From positions 1 to 33,567 of IMG/VR virus record IMGVR_UViG_3300025292_000002: a stretch of DNA of 33,567 nt; one strand, written 5' to 3'. This DNA comes from a virus (Duplodnaviria; Heunggongvirae; Uroviricota; Caudoviricetes). The translations under genes were made by a program, and so were the position numbers. Shown here in pieces: positions 32,716 to 33,567 of the stretch (its first letter is position 1; each line of letters starts with the position of its first letter). The notes beneath the pieces were generated by a model, which worked only from the letters and a program-made list of their open reading frames with translations, was not told where the DNA came from and searched no databases.

Positions 32716-32845
32716 GCACTTCGCCTCCTTTATTAAATTATACTTACATCATAACATATGTGAATAGAAATTTCAACGAAAAAGTTGATTTATTTGATAA
32801 TTTGATATTATCAAATCTGTTAGAGGAAGACAAGAGATAATTTAA

Positions 32846-33475
32846 TTATCCCTCATCTTTTTGGAATCGTTGTTCACAATCACCACAAATGACATTAATT
32901 TCAGGTTTGCTGCTTCTGATGATTGTACCACATTCACATACCCATTTTACAATGTTGCTTTTCTTTTTTGCTTTCTTTTCAGCGGTCATATCTTTTCGAG
33001 CTAATGTAAAAGCTTCTTTGTCAATGTCCCAGCTATTAATGAAATCAATTGTTTCAGGTGTTAGCTTAGAAAATGACCAGCCATATTTTTTATCTGGCGC
33101 ATCATCTTCATAATAGAAGCCACGGTCTTCACTTTCTTGTTTGAATTTTTTATTGTGATATGTGCCACCACGAGAAGTATCTTGAATGTCATTTGTGTGA
33201 CAATATAAATGAATCATTTCATGGTGTAATGTTCTCATGATTTCTTCATAATCACGGTTTAAAAATTCTGCTGTGATTGTGATTTCATGTTTTTCATCAT
33301 CTTTTGTTTCCCATACTTTGCCTGGTGTGAACCAACCATACGCACTTGTTTTACCCTTAGCTTGTACAGCGATGATTACTTGAGGTAATGCACCATTATA
33401 GAAATGTTCATTGAACAGATTAAAAGCTTTATGAAGCTCAGCGATTGCTGGTTGTAAGTTATTTATGTTTGTCAT
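32846..33475 (-). CDS. SprT-like zinc metalloprotease with C-terminal Zn ribbon
   Basis: LHHEMIH (HExxH), H...F motif, C-terminal CECG...CGDC; RBS AGGGG before ATG33475. Confidence 0.85.
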   Translation of the reverse strand: MTNINNLQPAIAELHKAFNLFNEHFYNGALPQVIIAVQAKGKTSAYGWFTPGKVWETKDDEKHEITITAEFLNRDYEEIMRTLHHEMIHLYCHTNDIQDTSRGGTYHNKKFKQESEDRGFYYEDDAPDKKYGWSFSKLTPETIDFINSWDIDKEAFTLARKDMTAEKKAKKKSNIVKWVCECGTIIRSSKPEINVICGDCEQRFQKDEG

Positions 33476-33490
33476 GTTTATTATCCCCTT

Positions 33491-33508
33491 TTGAAAATTA
33501 ATATTCAA
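33491..33508. promoter_or_regulatory. 18-bp palindrome (1 mismatch)
   Basis: Between the SigA-like promoter and the RBS of the SprT-like gene. Confidence 0.8.
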
Positions 33509-33521
33509 TTTCGTTAAGTTA

Positions 33522-33550
33522 AATATATCATGGTCGAAAAAATATGTCAA
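33522..33550 (-). promoter_or_regulatory. SigA-like promoter of the leftward block
   Basis: Minus strand TTGACA-N17-TATATT with TGn extended -10. Confidence 0.65.
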
Positions 33551-33567
33551 CAGATATCTAAAAAAAG

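Overview
AT-rich, phage-derived 33.6 kb window that reads as the packaging, morphogenesis and lysis half of a Bacillus-type siphovirus. The order is HNH, terS, terL, HK97-type portal/prohead protease/major capsid, head-tail joining genes, major tail protein, a frameshifted tail chaperone, tape measure, Dit, tail-tip genes (one with a GH18-like domain), amidase endolysin, holin and a tyrosine recombinase, followed by a leftward block of small early-type genes. The structural backbone is interrupted four times: five accessory genes between terS and terL, seven tRNA genes after the capsid gene, a leftward three-gene mini-operon inside the tail module, and three accessory genes after the holin. 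Reading the DNA directly shows four families of repeated cis-elements absent from the ORF track: an 18-bp palindrome TTGAATATTAATATTCAA (8 copies), a CCTTACA-N16-TA(T/C)AAT promoter-like motif (7 copies), a roughly 28-nt H-type pseudoknot with compensatory changes just upstream of three accessory-gene RBSs, and a CGTATATATACTATATAA-like motif upstream of late genes. Also noted are a three-member paralogous small-protein family, a hidden 48-aa BrfA/ArfA-like ORF, and two tRNAs with U at position 37. No database searches were run; all family assignments come from motif recognition, and host and lifestyle are not established.
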